A DNA stretch of 64,000 nucleotides, from NCBI GenBank assembly GCA_041750285.1, contig JBGSZS010000007.1:160001-224000 (forward strand), read 5' to 3'. Position 1 is the first letter of the stretch, and every line of letters begins with the position of its first letter. Origin of the DNA: Candidatus Fermentibacteraceae bacterium (lineage in GTDB: Bacteria; Fermentibacterota; Fermentibacteria; Fermentibacterales; JCC-6). This document shows, one piece after another, positions 11,331 to 20,415 of this stretch. The notes beneath the pieces were generated by a model. That model did no database searches. It was not told where the DNA came from and worked only from the letters and a program-made list of their open reading frames with translations. The translations under genes were made by a program, and so were the position numbers.

Positions 11331-11768
11331 TTACCCCTGAAGCTGAAGTGACTCCAAGTATTCAAGTTCCTTGTCCTGAAGAAGGTCAAGCCTTCTTGCC
11401 AGGCCTTCGCCGTGGGCTTGCCACTGTTCTGTCGGCGCCCCGTTGAAAAGGACCAGAGACCTCCTGTACCAGTCTATTGATGCCGCCGCGGCCTTCATGC
11501 AATCCGAGAGCTCCCGGGTTGGTTCGCCGCCTTCGGCCAGAGCGCTTCTAAGCGCACAATCTGCCCTGACAAGTGAGCATGCCATGTTGAACATCCCGCC
11601 CGCCGGAGATGAAAGGGGGCTGGATGGAGAATATGCCACCCACCCGTCAAGCAATGCGGTGATCTGACGGCTCATCCCCTCGAAGCTTCCGGGAGCCGTC
11701 TGGAGCAAGATAAGTGTCACTGCCAGTAAACCTGCCATGATCGGAATATAGGTTTCGGCCCTCATCAT
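11331..11768 (-). CDS. Hypothetical protein with N-terminal hydrophobic segment
   Basis: ORF ends 9 nt before pdxS; no family recognised. Confidence 0.55.
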   Translation of the reverse strand: MMRAETYIPIMAGLLAVTLILLQTAPGSFEGMSRQITALLDGWVAYSPSSPLSSPAGGMFNMACSLVRADCALRSALAEGGEPTRELSDCMKAAAASIDWYRRSLVLFNGAPTEQWQAHGEGLARRLDLLQDKELEYLESLQLQG

Positions 11769-11843
11769 TTCAATCCCGCCCTTTCCCCCGGGAAGGAGTT
11801 TTGGCATAATCAAGCGTTATGTGGTTTTCGAAGGGAGTCTCTT

Positions 11844-12227
11844 TTGAAGGTCTGCTGGCTGATCATGGTGTTCGTGGCCGCATCTTCCGCCGGCCCGTAT
11901 GAAGACCTTCTTGCAAGGGGCGTACCTGTTCGTGCAGTGACAACGGAAGAAGACAGCTTCCTTGTCGAGATCACCGGCAGCCTTTCCCAGGGGGACAGCC
12001 TTCTCAAACACTACGGGGGCACCTTTTTCCTTCTTCTTGACAGCATAGCGGGAGGATGGCCCCTGATGAGTCTCGAGGTCAGGATCTCAGGTGCTGCCCT
12101 CATTATTTTCCGCGAGGACGTGTTCGAAGCGCTCAGCCTCATGGGGCGGGGTGCGGACGAGCAGGCACTGGCGTCCTGGGTTCTGGAGCATACCTGGGTC
12201 GTTCATTCCGGCCCGGAACAGCCCTAG
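11844..12227 (+). CDS. Hypothetical exported protein
   Basis: TTG start after GGGAG; signal-peptide-like N-terminus; fills the gap. Confidence 0.55.
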   Translation: MKVCWLIMVFVAASSAGPYEDLLARGVPVRAVTTEEDSFLVEITGSLSQGDSLLKHYGGTFFLLLDSIAGGWPLMSLEVRISGAALIIFREDVFEALSLMGRGADEQALASWVLEHTWVVHSGPEQP

Positions 12228-13663
12228 ACTCCGCCTTTTCCCATCAGTATCACGGGTACGGTCTTCATCACGAGCCTGAAGTCGAGGCTGTACGACATGT
12301 CTATGGTGTAGAGGAAATCAAGGAACTGGGCGTGGTCAAAGGGCAGACGGCTTCTCCCGTAGACCTGCCATATGCCCGTGAGACCGGGCTTCACGGTAAA
12401 GCGTCTGTTCTGCCAGTTCTTGTAGAATTCCAGTTCGTAGGGTATGCACGGCCTTGGACCAACAAGCGTCATCTCCCCGCGGATAACGTTGAAGAGCTGC
12501 GGGAGTTCGTCTATTGAGGTCTTTCTGATCAGTCTGCCCACGGTGGTGATCCGGCTTTTCTGGTTGAGCTTGAACTTGTCGGGTTCACCTGAACTCCGTC
12601 CCATGGCATACTCGGCGAAGTACTTCCGGTGATCGGTGGAGTTCGTGCCCGTCGAGTCGTGGGTCATGGACCGGAATTTCAGGAAGCTGAAGTGACGTGA
12701 CCCGAGCCCGACCCTCGTCTGACGGAAGAAAACCGGACCTTTGCTGGAAAGCCTTATCAACAGGGCAACAACAATAAGAAGGGGAGAGACCGCCATGATG
12801 GCAACGCTTCCGATGAGGATGTCCATGATCCTTGCAGCCAGATCGTTCTTTGTGGTCCGCGCCTGTTTGAGGAAACTGACCGCGCCGTAGTCTTCGAGGC
12901 TGAGCCACGGATCGAAGTAGCCCAGGTTCAGGATGTGCTCGGAGAAGATGACGAAGGGGATCCCCGCGTCGTGGAGAAGTATCGAGGTCTCTGCAACGCA
13001 GTTGAGGTCGTGGTTGCCGAAAAGGATGAACACCTGGTCGCAGTGCTTTTCCCTCGACAGCTTCACGCACAGACCGTAGATCTCCTCCGGAGCATCAGGG
13101 AGGTCCATGGCGACTGTTGTCACCGAACTTGTCTGCCTGTAGACGGGCGCTTTCCTTATCAGGGCCGATATCTTTTCAGCTTCGGAGGGGTTGCCGACCA
13201 CGAGAGCGCACGAGCCGCAGGACTTGAACAGCCTGTACCAGTACCCGCAGGCCCATGGCAATATGACCATCCTGGCTGTTATCCCGAAGACCGCCCACAC
13301 GAACATGTGCAGGACGATGACTATCCTGCTGTCGAAGAAGATCCCCCTTGTGTTCTTCAGCAGGAAAACGGTCAGCGCGTAGGCGGCCGTGGTCACAAGA
13401 ACGAGCCGTATCATCCTGTAGGAGTACATTGTTCTGTTCATGGAGGTGCGGAAGGAGTAGAGGTTCTCCACAATGCTCAGCATGAACAGCCACAGCGCGT
13501 AGAAAGCCCATGTTCCGACATAGGTCGTGAGCGGATAGGCATCAAGCCTGCCGAATCTGAGCAGGGTCGCCGGGATGAAGGCGGCCGCGAGGCAGATCAG
13601 GTCGGTCAGGATGGCGAGCCCCTGATATGTCCGGTTCAGAGCCAGTTGTCTGCCCCTCTTCAA
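12224..13663 (-). CDS. Polyprenyl-phosphate sugar phosphotransferase (priming glycosyltransferase)
   Basis: N-terminal TMs; KFRSM, RKTSIDELPQLFNV, GPRP, KPGLTGIWQV. Confidence 0.93.
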   Translation of the reverse strand: MKRGRQLALNRTYQGLAILTDLICLAAAFIPATLLRFGRLDAYPLTTYVGTWAFYALWLFMLSIVENLYSFRTSMNRTMYSYRMIRLVLVTTAAYALTVFLLKNTRGIFFDSRIVIVLHMFVWAVFGITARMVILPWACGYWYRLFKSCGSCALVVGNPSEAEKISALIRKAPVYRQTSSVTTVAMDLPDAPEEIYGLCVKLSREKHCDQVFILFGNHDLNCVAETSILLHDAGIPFVIFSEHILNLGYFDPWLSLEDYGAVSFLKQARTTKNDLAARIMDILIGSVAIMAVSPLLIVVALLIRLSSKGPVFFRQTRVGLGSRHFSFLKFRSMTHDSTGTNSTDHRKYFAEYAMGRSSGEPDKFKLNQKSRITTVGRLIRKTSIDELPQLFNVIRGEMTLVGPRPCIPYELEFYKNWQNRRFTVKPGLTGIWQVYGRSRLPFDHAQFLDFLYTIDMSYSLDFRLVMKTVPVILMGKGGV

Positions 13664-13666
13664 TGC

Positions 13667-14812
13667 CTACTCCCCGAAGAACGCGGCGATGGCGTCAGCC
13701 ACCTCCCGCTGCTGGGCTTGCGTTATCCCCGGGAACATGGGGAGAGTGAGGTTTTCGAGCGAGTTCCGTTCGGAAACGGGGAAGTCGCCGGGTTTGTGAC
13801 CGAGGTAGGCGTACGCCTTCTGAAGGTGCAAAGGATGCGGATAGTGCATTCCGCTGGCTATGCCCCGCACGGAGAGGAACTCCCTGAGGGCGTCACGTCT
13901 GGGGGTGTGCACGGTGTAGAGATGAAACACGTGCCTGGTGGACGGGGCTTCTTCTGGAAGCTGCAGGGGCAGGTCCCCGAGAAGCTGCCCGTACCTTGAT
14001 GCCGCCTCCCTGCGCTGATCGTTCCACCGGTGGATGTGCCCGGCCTTGACCCCGAGAACAGCCCCCTGAATGGCGCACATCCTGTAGTTGTGACCAACGA
14101 AGTCGTAGTAGTACTTGTCGCGGGATCCGTGATCCCTGAGACTTCTCGCCCTGCCATTGAGATCGCTGTCATCCGTCGTGATGGCGCCGCCTTCCCCGAA
14201 GGCCCCCATGTTCTTTCCAGGGTAGAAGCTGAACGAGGCGGCAATGCCGAAGGAACCGGCGGGCCTGCCGGCGCGGTTCGCATCGTGGCTCTGGGCGGCA
14301 TCCTCGAAGAGCATCATGCGGTTTTCCCCGGCCATCGATTCAAGCCTGGTGTGGTCAGCCGGGTGACCGTACAGATCGACAGCCATCACAGCCCTTACGA
14401 CAGCATTCGTACGCGGATCCACCACACCCGAGGGGGTGCGGTTCCTCTCTATGAAAGCCTCGCACAGAGCCGGATCGAGGTTCCATGTCCTGTCCTCGGC
14501 GTCAACGAACACCGGCACCATTCCAGCGAGAATGATGCCTTCGACCGTTGCCGTGAAGGTGTTGGGCGGAACGATCACGCCACTCCCGGGTTCGAGACCG
14601 GACGCCGTCAGCATGCAGTGAAGCGCCGCGGTGCCGTTGGATACGGCGATGCAGTAACGGGACCCGGTTATCCGGGCGAACTTTTCTTCAAACGCGGCCA
14701 CCTTCGGGCCGAGAACGTAGCCGCAGCTTTCCAGTACGTCGTTTATCTCCGGAGTGACCTCGTCACGGATCTCGTTGTAGATGGCCTTGAGGTCTAGAAA
14801 GGGAACAGCCAT
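13667..14812 (-). CDS. DegT/DnrJ/EryC1/StrS sugar aminotransferase
   Basis: VPFLDL, SNGTAAL, EDAAQSH, SFYPGKNMGAFGEGG. Confidence 0.95.
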   Translation of the reverse strand: MAVPFLDLKAIYNEIRDEVTPEINDVLESCGYVLGPKVAAFEEKFARITGSRYCIAVSNGTAALHCMLTASGLEPGSGVIVPPNTFTATVEGIILAGMVPVFVDAEDRTWNLDPALCEAFIERNRTPSGVVDPRTNAVVRAVMAVDLYGHPADHTRLESMAGENRMMLFEDAAQSHDANRAGRPAGSFGIAASFSFYPGKNMGAFGEGGAITTDDSDLNGRARSLRDHGSRDKYYYDFVGHNYRMCAIQGAVLGVKAGHIHRWNDQRREAASRYGQLLGDLPLQLPEEAPSTRHVFHLYTVHTPRRDALREFLSVRGIASGMHYPHPLHLQKAYAYLGHKPGDFPVSERNSLENLTLPMFPGITQAQQREVADAIAAFFGE

Positions 14813-14824
14813 TACTTCCTCCGA

Positions 14825-15739
14825 TCAGACTGGAATCTTCTTCCAGTTGCTGTAGCCCCCGATGCTGGTTCCGAGAAGCCTTTCAAGAAGGGTATGGAGC
14901 CTCATGGAAAGCAGAAGGTGCTCGTGTCGCGGTGGGTGGGCAGGATCGCCGAAGTCTTCGGCCCTCCAGTCCTTGTTCCTGATTCGATCAGCCATGACAG
15001 CGGGGTGCGTTCCCCTGAATAGCGGGACTCTGGCAAGCGGGCCGTAGTCCCAGGGAATGTCGGATTCGGTGTGGTGTTTCTTCATCCAGTCCGCGCTGTG
15101 GTGAAGACGGTCCAGCGCCTTCTGTTTCCTGCTCATCACCAGCGGGTGTCTGACCCACCCGTAATGGTAGACCCAGGCCCCGGAATCGACCACGCGAAGC
15201 TTCCTCGTGCCTTCCTCCATCCTGAAGCTCTGGGCGCTCTTCCAGCTTCTGATGCCACGTCCGGACCTTACGACCCTTATGTCGTGACCGTACCAGCAGT
15301 GGCTTCTTTGAACCCTGCCGTAGTCGCCCCAGAAGTGGTTGTATGAGAAGAGCAGCCCGTCCGCCTCGGGGTGGGTCCTGCAGCGTTCAATGGCGTCAAG
15401 TATTCTCTGATGGTCGTTCTCGTGGATGACCTCGTCCGCCTGAAGATAGAAACACCATTCACCCGTGCAGTGATCGAGGGCGATGTTCGTCTGATCGGCA
15501 TTGGTGGCGCCCCGGACGAAGCGGTCGGGATTCCAGGGCGTGTGGATCAGCCTGATCTTCGGGTCGGCGATGGCTTCGATGACTTCCCTGGTGTTGTCCG
15601 AACAGTCCCCCAGGTTCACGATGAACTCATCCACGATCGGAAGGATCGATCTGATGGATTCCGCGACCGGGTAATCGAGCTTCACGGCATCACGTACGAA
15701 GGTGAACCCGGATATGGACGGGCGGGGCGCAATGGTCAA
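14825..15739 (-). CDS. Glycosyltransferase family 2 protein
   Basis: ISGFTFVRDA, WCFYLQADE, YHYGWVR; TTG start after AAGGAG. Confidence 0.85.
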   Translation of the reverse strand: MTIAPRPSISGFTFVRDAVKLDYPVAESIRSILPIVDEFIVNLGDCSDNTREVIEAIADPKIRLIHTPWNPDRFVRGATNADQTNIALDHCTGEWCFYLQADEVIHENDHQRILDAIERCRTHPEADGLLFSYNHFWGDYGRVQRSHCWYGHDIRVVRSGRGIRSWKSAQSFRMEEGTRKLRVVDSGAWVYHYGWVRHPLVMSRKQKALDRLHHSADWMKKHHTESDIPWDYGPLARVPLFRGTHPAVMADRIRNKDWRAEDFGDPAHPPRHEHLLLSMRLHTLLERLLGTSIGGYSNWKKIPV

Positions 15740-15795
15740 TTCCGTACTCCTTCCGAGGTGCGAAAATACCCCGGAAACGGGCGTTCTGCAAGCGG

Positions 15796-17586
15796 TCATT
15801 CCACCCCGGTGTTGACAAGCAGCCTCAGGCACCCCCCGGCGTTCACGGCCAGGTCTGGAACTCCATCGCAGTTGAAATCGACCGCCGAGACATGCCAGCC
15901 ATCCATCACCCTTGCTCCCGCCAACCACGTCACGTCGATGAAACCGCATCCCGTGTTCATGTATAGAAAACTGCGGCGATTGGGATATACGCTGGTGATG
16001 TACAGGTCGGGAAGGCCGTCTGAGTCGAAATCGGCCCAGGCAGGGAAGGAATGTGTCTCCTCGTACTTTATCCCCATCTCCGCCCTGACGTCGGTGAAGC
16101 GTCCTCCGTCATTCCTCAGAAGCATGCTGCGGTTCGAAAAGACAATGAAGCGGGGGTGGGCAAGGTTGGCGGAGAAAACATCGATATCGCCGTCGAGGTC
16201 GAAGTCGCACCATGCACTTCCGATGGTGTGGCCCAGTGCGCCCTTGACCCTGACGCCGTCGAGTCCCCGCAGAGGCGCGGTGTTTGTGGGCACACCATCC
16301 ACATTCTCCCAGAGCACGTTCGGATCCAGCCTGTAGTTGGAGACAAGGATCGACTGACTGCCGTCCCCCTCCAGGTCGACAACGGAAACGCTCCTTCCGC
16401 AGAGGGGAGGGTCCAGCTCGAAACCGGCGGCCCGGGTGAACCCCCCCGGGCCGCCCAGGTAGAACGCGTCGGGCCGCCCGAGCCCCGTTGTGTCGGCGTC
16501 TTCGTAAACGGCAAGGTAGATGTCCAAGAAGCCGTCACCGTTCCAGTCAAGAGCTGCGGCTCCCTCGATCTGAGCCTCGACCGGTTCCAGCCCCATCTCC
16601 CGTGCGGCCTCCCTGAAGCTGCCGTCGGGCATCTGAAGGAACAGCAGGGGCTGTCTTCCAAGGCCAAGGATGTCCACAAGGCCGTCGCTGTTCAGGTCAG
16701 CCAGAACGCCTCCGTTCACGGGAAGCGAGTCGAGCGTCCCGAATCCGCAAGGCCTGTTGAGAAGCACCATGCCGCCGGCCAGGACATCGGGTCTTCCGTC
16801 ACCGTCGATGTCGCCCCAGCAGTGGCGCGTGCCCGGCACCGTGTCCGGCAGCAGTTCCGATGCATCGCTGAAGACGGGGCCGTCATATCCCGCCAGTTCC
16901 CTGCATTTCTCCAGATACCCATCCCCCAGAATCACATGCAGCAGGCTGTCCGCCCTGGACCCCCAGCGGTCCGTCATGTCGCCTTCCGAGGCAGCCCTGA
17001 TCAGGAGCCCGACGCCCCGAAGGGTGTCACCGGTCTCAATGCAGGCTCCTCCGGCGTAATAGAGGTAAGGTGCGCCAGTGTGATGGTCGTTCACGGAGAA
17101 GAGCCCCGGTTGGAGGAGGGGCTCCAGCTCTTCGAGGGCGGCGATCCTGTCTCCCCTGCCGTAGAAGCCGCGACAGCGGTTGAACCTGAGATTGCATCTG
17201 AGCGCGCGCCCCACGAGCTTCCACTCCTCCGGGGGGATGCCTTCCGGATGCCACCTGTCGAATGCCTCGAGCCCGCGGGTCGCTGTTACAAGGGCTCTCT
17301 CCGGAAAGGAATCGAGGGCTGCGTCCGAGGCGATGAACCATGCCCTTGGATCCCCCGGGAGTTCATCAATCCAGAGAGTGAGGACCGAGTCGGACCTGGA
17401 GCTGTCCGAGCAGCAGTACATCCAGGCCAATCCCCGAAAGTACTCCGGAAGGTCTGGTTCACGGGCGAGAAGGGCCAGCAACGAGTCAACCCGTTCAGTT
17501 CCCGGGCCCGACTGCCATGCTTCGTAGAAGGCGTCCCTGCCCATCTCGTAGGGCATGGCCAGAAGCATCGTCAGAAGCGGCAGCAT
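15796..17586 (-). CDS. FG-GAP/VCBS-repeat (CRTAC1-like) protein with helical N-terminus
   Basis: Repeated DxDGDGxxD motifs (GDIDGDGRPD, LDWNGDGFLD, DFDLDGDID, DFDSDGLPD). Confidence 0.85.
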   Translation of the reverse strand: MLPLLTMLLAMPYEMGRDAFYEAWQSGPGTERVDSLLALLAREPDLPEYFRGLAWMYCCSDSSRSDSVLTLWIDELPGDPRAWFIASDAALDSFPERALVTATRGLEAFDRWHPEGIPPEEWKLVGRALRCNLRFNRCRGFYGRGDRIAALEELEPLLQPGLFSVNDHHTGAPYLYYAGGACIETGDTLRGVGLLIRAASEGDMTDRWGSRADSLLHVILGDGYLEKCRELAGYDGPVFSDASELLPDTVPGTRHCWGDIDGDGRPDVLAGGMVLLNRPCGFGTLDSLPVNGGVLADLNSDGLVDILGLGRQPLLFLQMPDGSFREAAREMGLEPVEAQIEGAAALDWNGDGFLDIYLAVYEDADTTGLGRPDAFYLGGPGGFTRAAGFELDPPLCGRSVSVVDLEGDGSQSILVSNYRLDPNVLWENVDGVPTNTAPLRGLDGVRVKGALGHTIGSAWCDFDLDGDIDVFSANLAHPRFIVFSNRSMLLRNDGGRFTDVRAEMGIKYEETHSFPAWADFDSDGLPDLYITSVYPNRRSFLYMNTGCGFIDVTWLAGARVMDGWHVSAVDFNCDGVPDLAVNAGGCLRLLVNTGVE

Positions 17587-18479
17587 CAGAGCCCCATGAA
17601 GAACCCGATGATGGCCCTGGAACCGTCGAGGTCCCTGCAGGTGTTCCCCACCGTTCGCGGCGGAAGGTACTGCCTGCCCCCCGGCAGTGTGTGTCCACCC
17701 CCCTCGATGGCGTAGAGTGCAACAACCACCCGGCCATCGCGTTTCCACTCGCTCAGAACCGCTGTCGCGCCGTCTTCGGGGTCGGTGTCGGGAATCACCG
17801 TCAGTTCGGGCTCAAATTCGATGCCGTTCCAGTCCAGCCAGAGTTGCACGCTCCCTGCCGTTGAAATGACCTCGCCCCGGGTCTCTCCCCAGGGCAGGGT
17901 GACGGTTCCTCCCCCGTAGGGTACCAGGGGGTCGAGCGTCCCGTTCATGAAAAGCACCGGGACGGGGTGGGACGGCTGACCCGTGAAACCCGAGGGCATC
18001 TGGGAGATCACCGAAGCCCCGCCCGAGAACAGGTCGCCCCGGGTGACGAGCAGTTCCTGGGCGAACATCCCCCCGTTGGAGAGCCCCATGATGAAGACGG
18101 GTCCCGTCCCGTGATCCGATGCCAGGTTTTCCACGAGGGCGGAGATGAAACCAGTGTCGTCAACCCACGCCATCCCGGGCTCCCTTGAGAGATGGATAGA
18201 ATCATACCATCTGTTGTTGATACCCTGTGGATAAACGACTATAAACCCCATTTCATCCGCCAGATCTGAAAGCCCAGTATAGCGTTCAAAACCTGCGGCG
18301 GTTCCGCCGCCGCCGTGAAGGGCCACGACGAGGGGCATGCCGGAACGGGGTTCGTTTGGGATGTGGAGGAGGTAGCTCCTGTCGACGCCTCCGTGCGAAA
18401 CCGTCACAAGCCTTCCGCAGCCCGAGATCAGAAGGAACACCGGGAGAGCGTGTCTGAACGGGCAAAAACGTTTCCTCAT
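17586..18479 (-). CDS. LpqC/PHB-depolymerase-family esterase, probable lipoprotein
   Basis: LISGC lipobox, LHGGGG, VVYPQG, GLSNGG, GGGHTLPGG. Confidence 0.88.
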   Translation of the reverse strand: MRKRFCPFRHALPVFLLISGCGRLVTVSHGGVDRSYLLHIPNEPRSGMPLVVALHGGGGTAAGFERYTGLSDLADEMGFIVVYPQGINNRWYDSIHLSREPGMAWVDDTGFISALVENLASDHGTGPVFIMGLSNGGMFAQELLVTRGDLFSGGASVISQMPSGFTGQPSHPVPVLFMNGTLDPLVPYGGGTVTLPWGETRGEVISTAGSVQLWLDWNGIEFEPELTVIPDTDPEDGATAVLSEWKRDGRVVVALYAIEGGGHTLPGGRQYLPPRTVGNTCRDLDGSRAIIGFFMGL

Positions 18480-18556
18480 GGAATCATCCCTCCAAGGGTG
18501 ACAAACGGTCGTTTCATGGTTACCTTTATCCATAACAGGGAAAGAGGTTCGCGGCC

Positions 18557-18982
18557 ATGACACACACCGGGATCATCCGTGAACTGAGGGGCCATAACGC
18601 CATGGTTGCGGTTGACGCCTCGCAGTGCGGAAGCTGTTCGACAAGGAGCACCTGCTACGGCCTCTCGGGAAAGGGTCCCGAAGAACGGGTTGTCTCGGCG
18701 TCCAACCTTGCGGGCGCCTCGGTCGGTGACAGGGTCGTGGTCGAGTTGCAGGCCCGGGCTTCGACGATCGTGATCCTGCTGACATTCATGTTTCCGGTCC
18801 TAATCATGGGGATCGGCTACGCCCTCTTCAGCGGGGGAGGAGCACTCCCGGGAGCGGCAGGAGCCTTCGGGGGGCTCGTTGTCGGGCTTGGCCTCTCGTG
18901 GATCATGATCAGAAGGCTGTCGTTCGTGCCCGGTTTCGGTCTGACCGTGGTCAGGGTTCTGGAAAAAGGGGAAGTGACATGA
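18557..18982 (+). CDS. RseC/MucC-family membrane protein
   Basis: CxxCxxxxxC, NLAGASVGDRV, two C-terminal TM helices. Confidence 0.85.
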   Translation: MTHTGIIRELRGHNAMVAVDASQCGSCSTRSTCYGLSGKGPEERVVSASNLAGASVGDRVVVELQARASTIVILLTFMFPVLIMGIGYALFSGGGALPGAAGAFGGLVVGLGLSWIMIRRLSFVPGFGLTVVRVLEKGEVT

Positions 18983-20415
18983 TGAAGAAGGCCGCGCAAC
19001 GAGCCATCGAGATACTTGAATCACTGGGAGTCTCCTACGGCGACGCCCGGGCCGAAACGGTGATGACCGAAAGGATGGTCTTCAGGAACGGACGGCTTGA
19101 ACAGGGAATCGTTCGTGAGAGTGCCGGGCTTGGAGTAAGGGCCATAGTGGGAGGAGCCTGGGGTTTCGGCGCAAGCACGGGATTCGGGTTGGAAAGCGTT
19201 GATGCAGCAGCGCGCAGGGCCTTTGACATCGCTGTGGCGGCGTCGGGGGGCACGGTCAAGAGGCTTGCCCCGCTGGCCCCGCAGAGGGGGCTCTATCGAG
19301 GTCCCCTCGAGAAGGATCCTTTCAGTGTCTCTTCCGGCGAGAAGATGGCACTTCTGGAAATGGTCAGCCGGGAAGCCATGAAGGACAAGAGGATAAAGGA
19401 ATGCTACGCCTGGCTCTGGTTTGAGAACAGAAAACGGGTGTATGCCTCGACCGAGGGTTCGCTCACAGAAACCGACCTCACCTTCAGCGAACCGTTCCTG
19501 ATGGCCACCGCGGTATCTGGAGGCGACGCCCAGAGCCGCTCCCTTCAGGACGGCGCCAGGATAGCGGGCTGGGAATGGATAGAGAAGTGCGACATGCCGG
19601 GCTGGGCGGAGAGGGTGAGGGATGAGGCGCTGGAAAAGGTCCTTGCCCCGGAGTCCCCCGAAGGCGTCATGGACCTTTTGCTTGACGGAATCCACCTGAG
19701 CCTGACCATGCACGAATCCGTGGGTCATCCCACCGAGAGCGACAGGGTGCTGGGATGGGAATCCAACATGGCTGGAAGGTCCTTTCTGGATGTGGGCGAC
19801 CAGCGAAGCGCGGTCTACGGCTCCCACTTCGTCAACTTTCTGGCTGACAACACGCTTCCCTACGGTCTCGCTTCGTGGGGCTGGGATGATGAAGGAGTGC
19901 CCGGACAGAAATGGCACCTCGTGAGGAACGGTGTTTTCCAGGAGTTCGGCACGGTTCGTGAGACCGGCCCTCTCGTCGGGAGAACCTACAGCAGGGGGTG
20001 CTGCCGGGCAATGGATTACGCAAGCTTTCCCATCAACAGACAACCCAATTTCATACTCGAGCCCGGTCCCGACGGGGTGACACCGGAAGACCTTCTCAAG
20101 GACATCAAGCTGGGTGTGATGATAGAGGGTCGCGGTTCTTTCAGCATCGATCAGCGCCGGCTCAACTTCCAGTTCGGCGGCGACAGGTTCCAGCTCGTCA
20201 GGAACGGCAGGATTGCCGGACCGCTCAAGAAAGTGATCTACAGAAGCCAGACCCCGAGGTTCTGGGGGAGCTGCGACGGGATCGCCGACGCCCGATGGCT
20301 TCGAACCATGGGTGTTCTCAACTGCGGCAAGGGCGAACCCGCTCAGTCGGCCAGAATGACCCATGGCGCCAGCTGGGCGAGGTTCCGGAACGTGAATGTC
20401 GGAGGTGGGAAATGA
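18979..20415 (+). CDS. tldD: TldD metalloprotease
   Basis: HESVGH (HExxxH), DDEGVP, CGKGEP. Confidence 0.9.
   Translation: MMKKAAQRAIEILESLGVSYGDARAETVMTERMVFRNGRLEQGIVRESAGLGVRAIVGGAWGFGASTGFGLESVDAAARRAFDIAVAASGGTVKRLAPLAPQRGLYRGPLEKDPFSVSSGEKMALLEMVSREAMKDKRIKECYAWLWFENRKRVYASTEGSLTETDLTFSEPFLMATAVSGGDAQSRSLQDGARIAGWEWIEKCDMPGWAERVRDEALEKVLAPESPEGVMDLLLDGIHLSLTMHESVGHPTESDRVLGWESNMAGRSFLDVGDQRSAVYGSHFVNFLADNTLPYGLASWGWDDEGVPGQKWHLVRNGVFQEFGTVRETGPLVGRTYSRGCCRAMDYASFPINRQPNFILEPGPDGVTPEDLLKDIKLGVMIEGRGSFSIDQRRLNFQFGGDRFQLVRNGRIAGPLKKVIYRSQTPRFWGSCDGIADARWLRTMGVLNCGKGEPAQSARMTHGASWARFRNVNVGGGK

Noticed and set aside
11801..11816. TGGCA..GC motifs here and at ~33489-33503 (minus strand)
   Set aside because: GG-to-GC spacing is one base short of the strict sigma54 requirement
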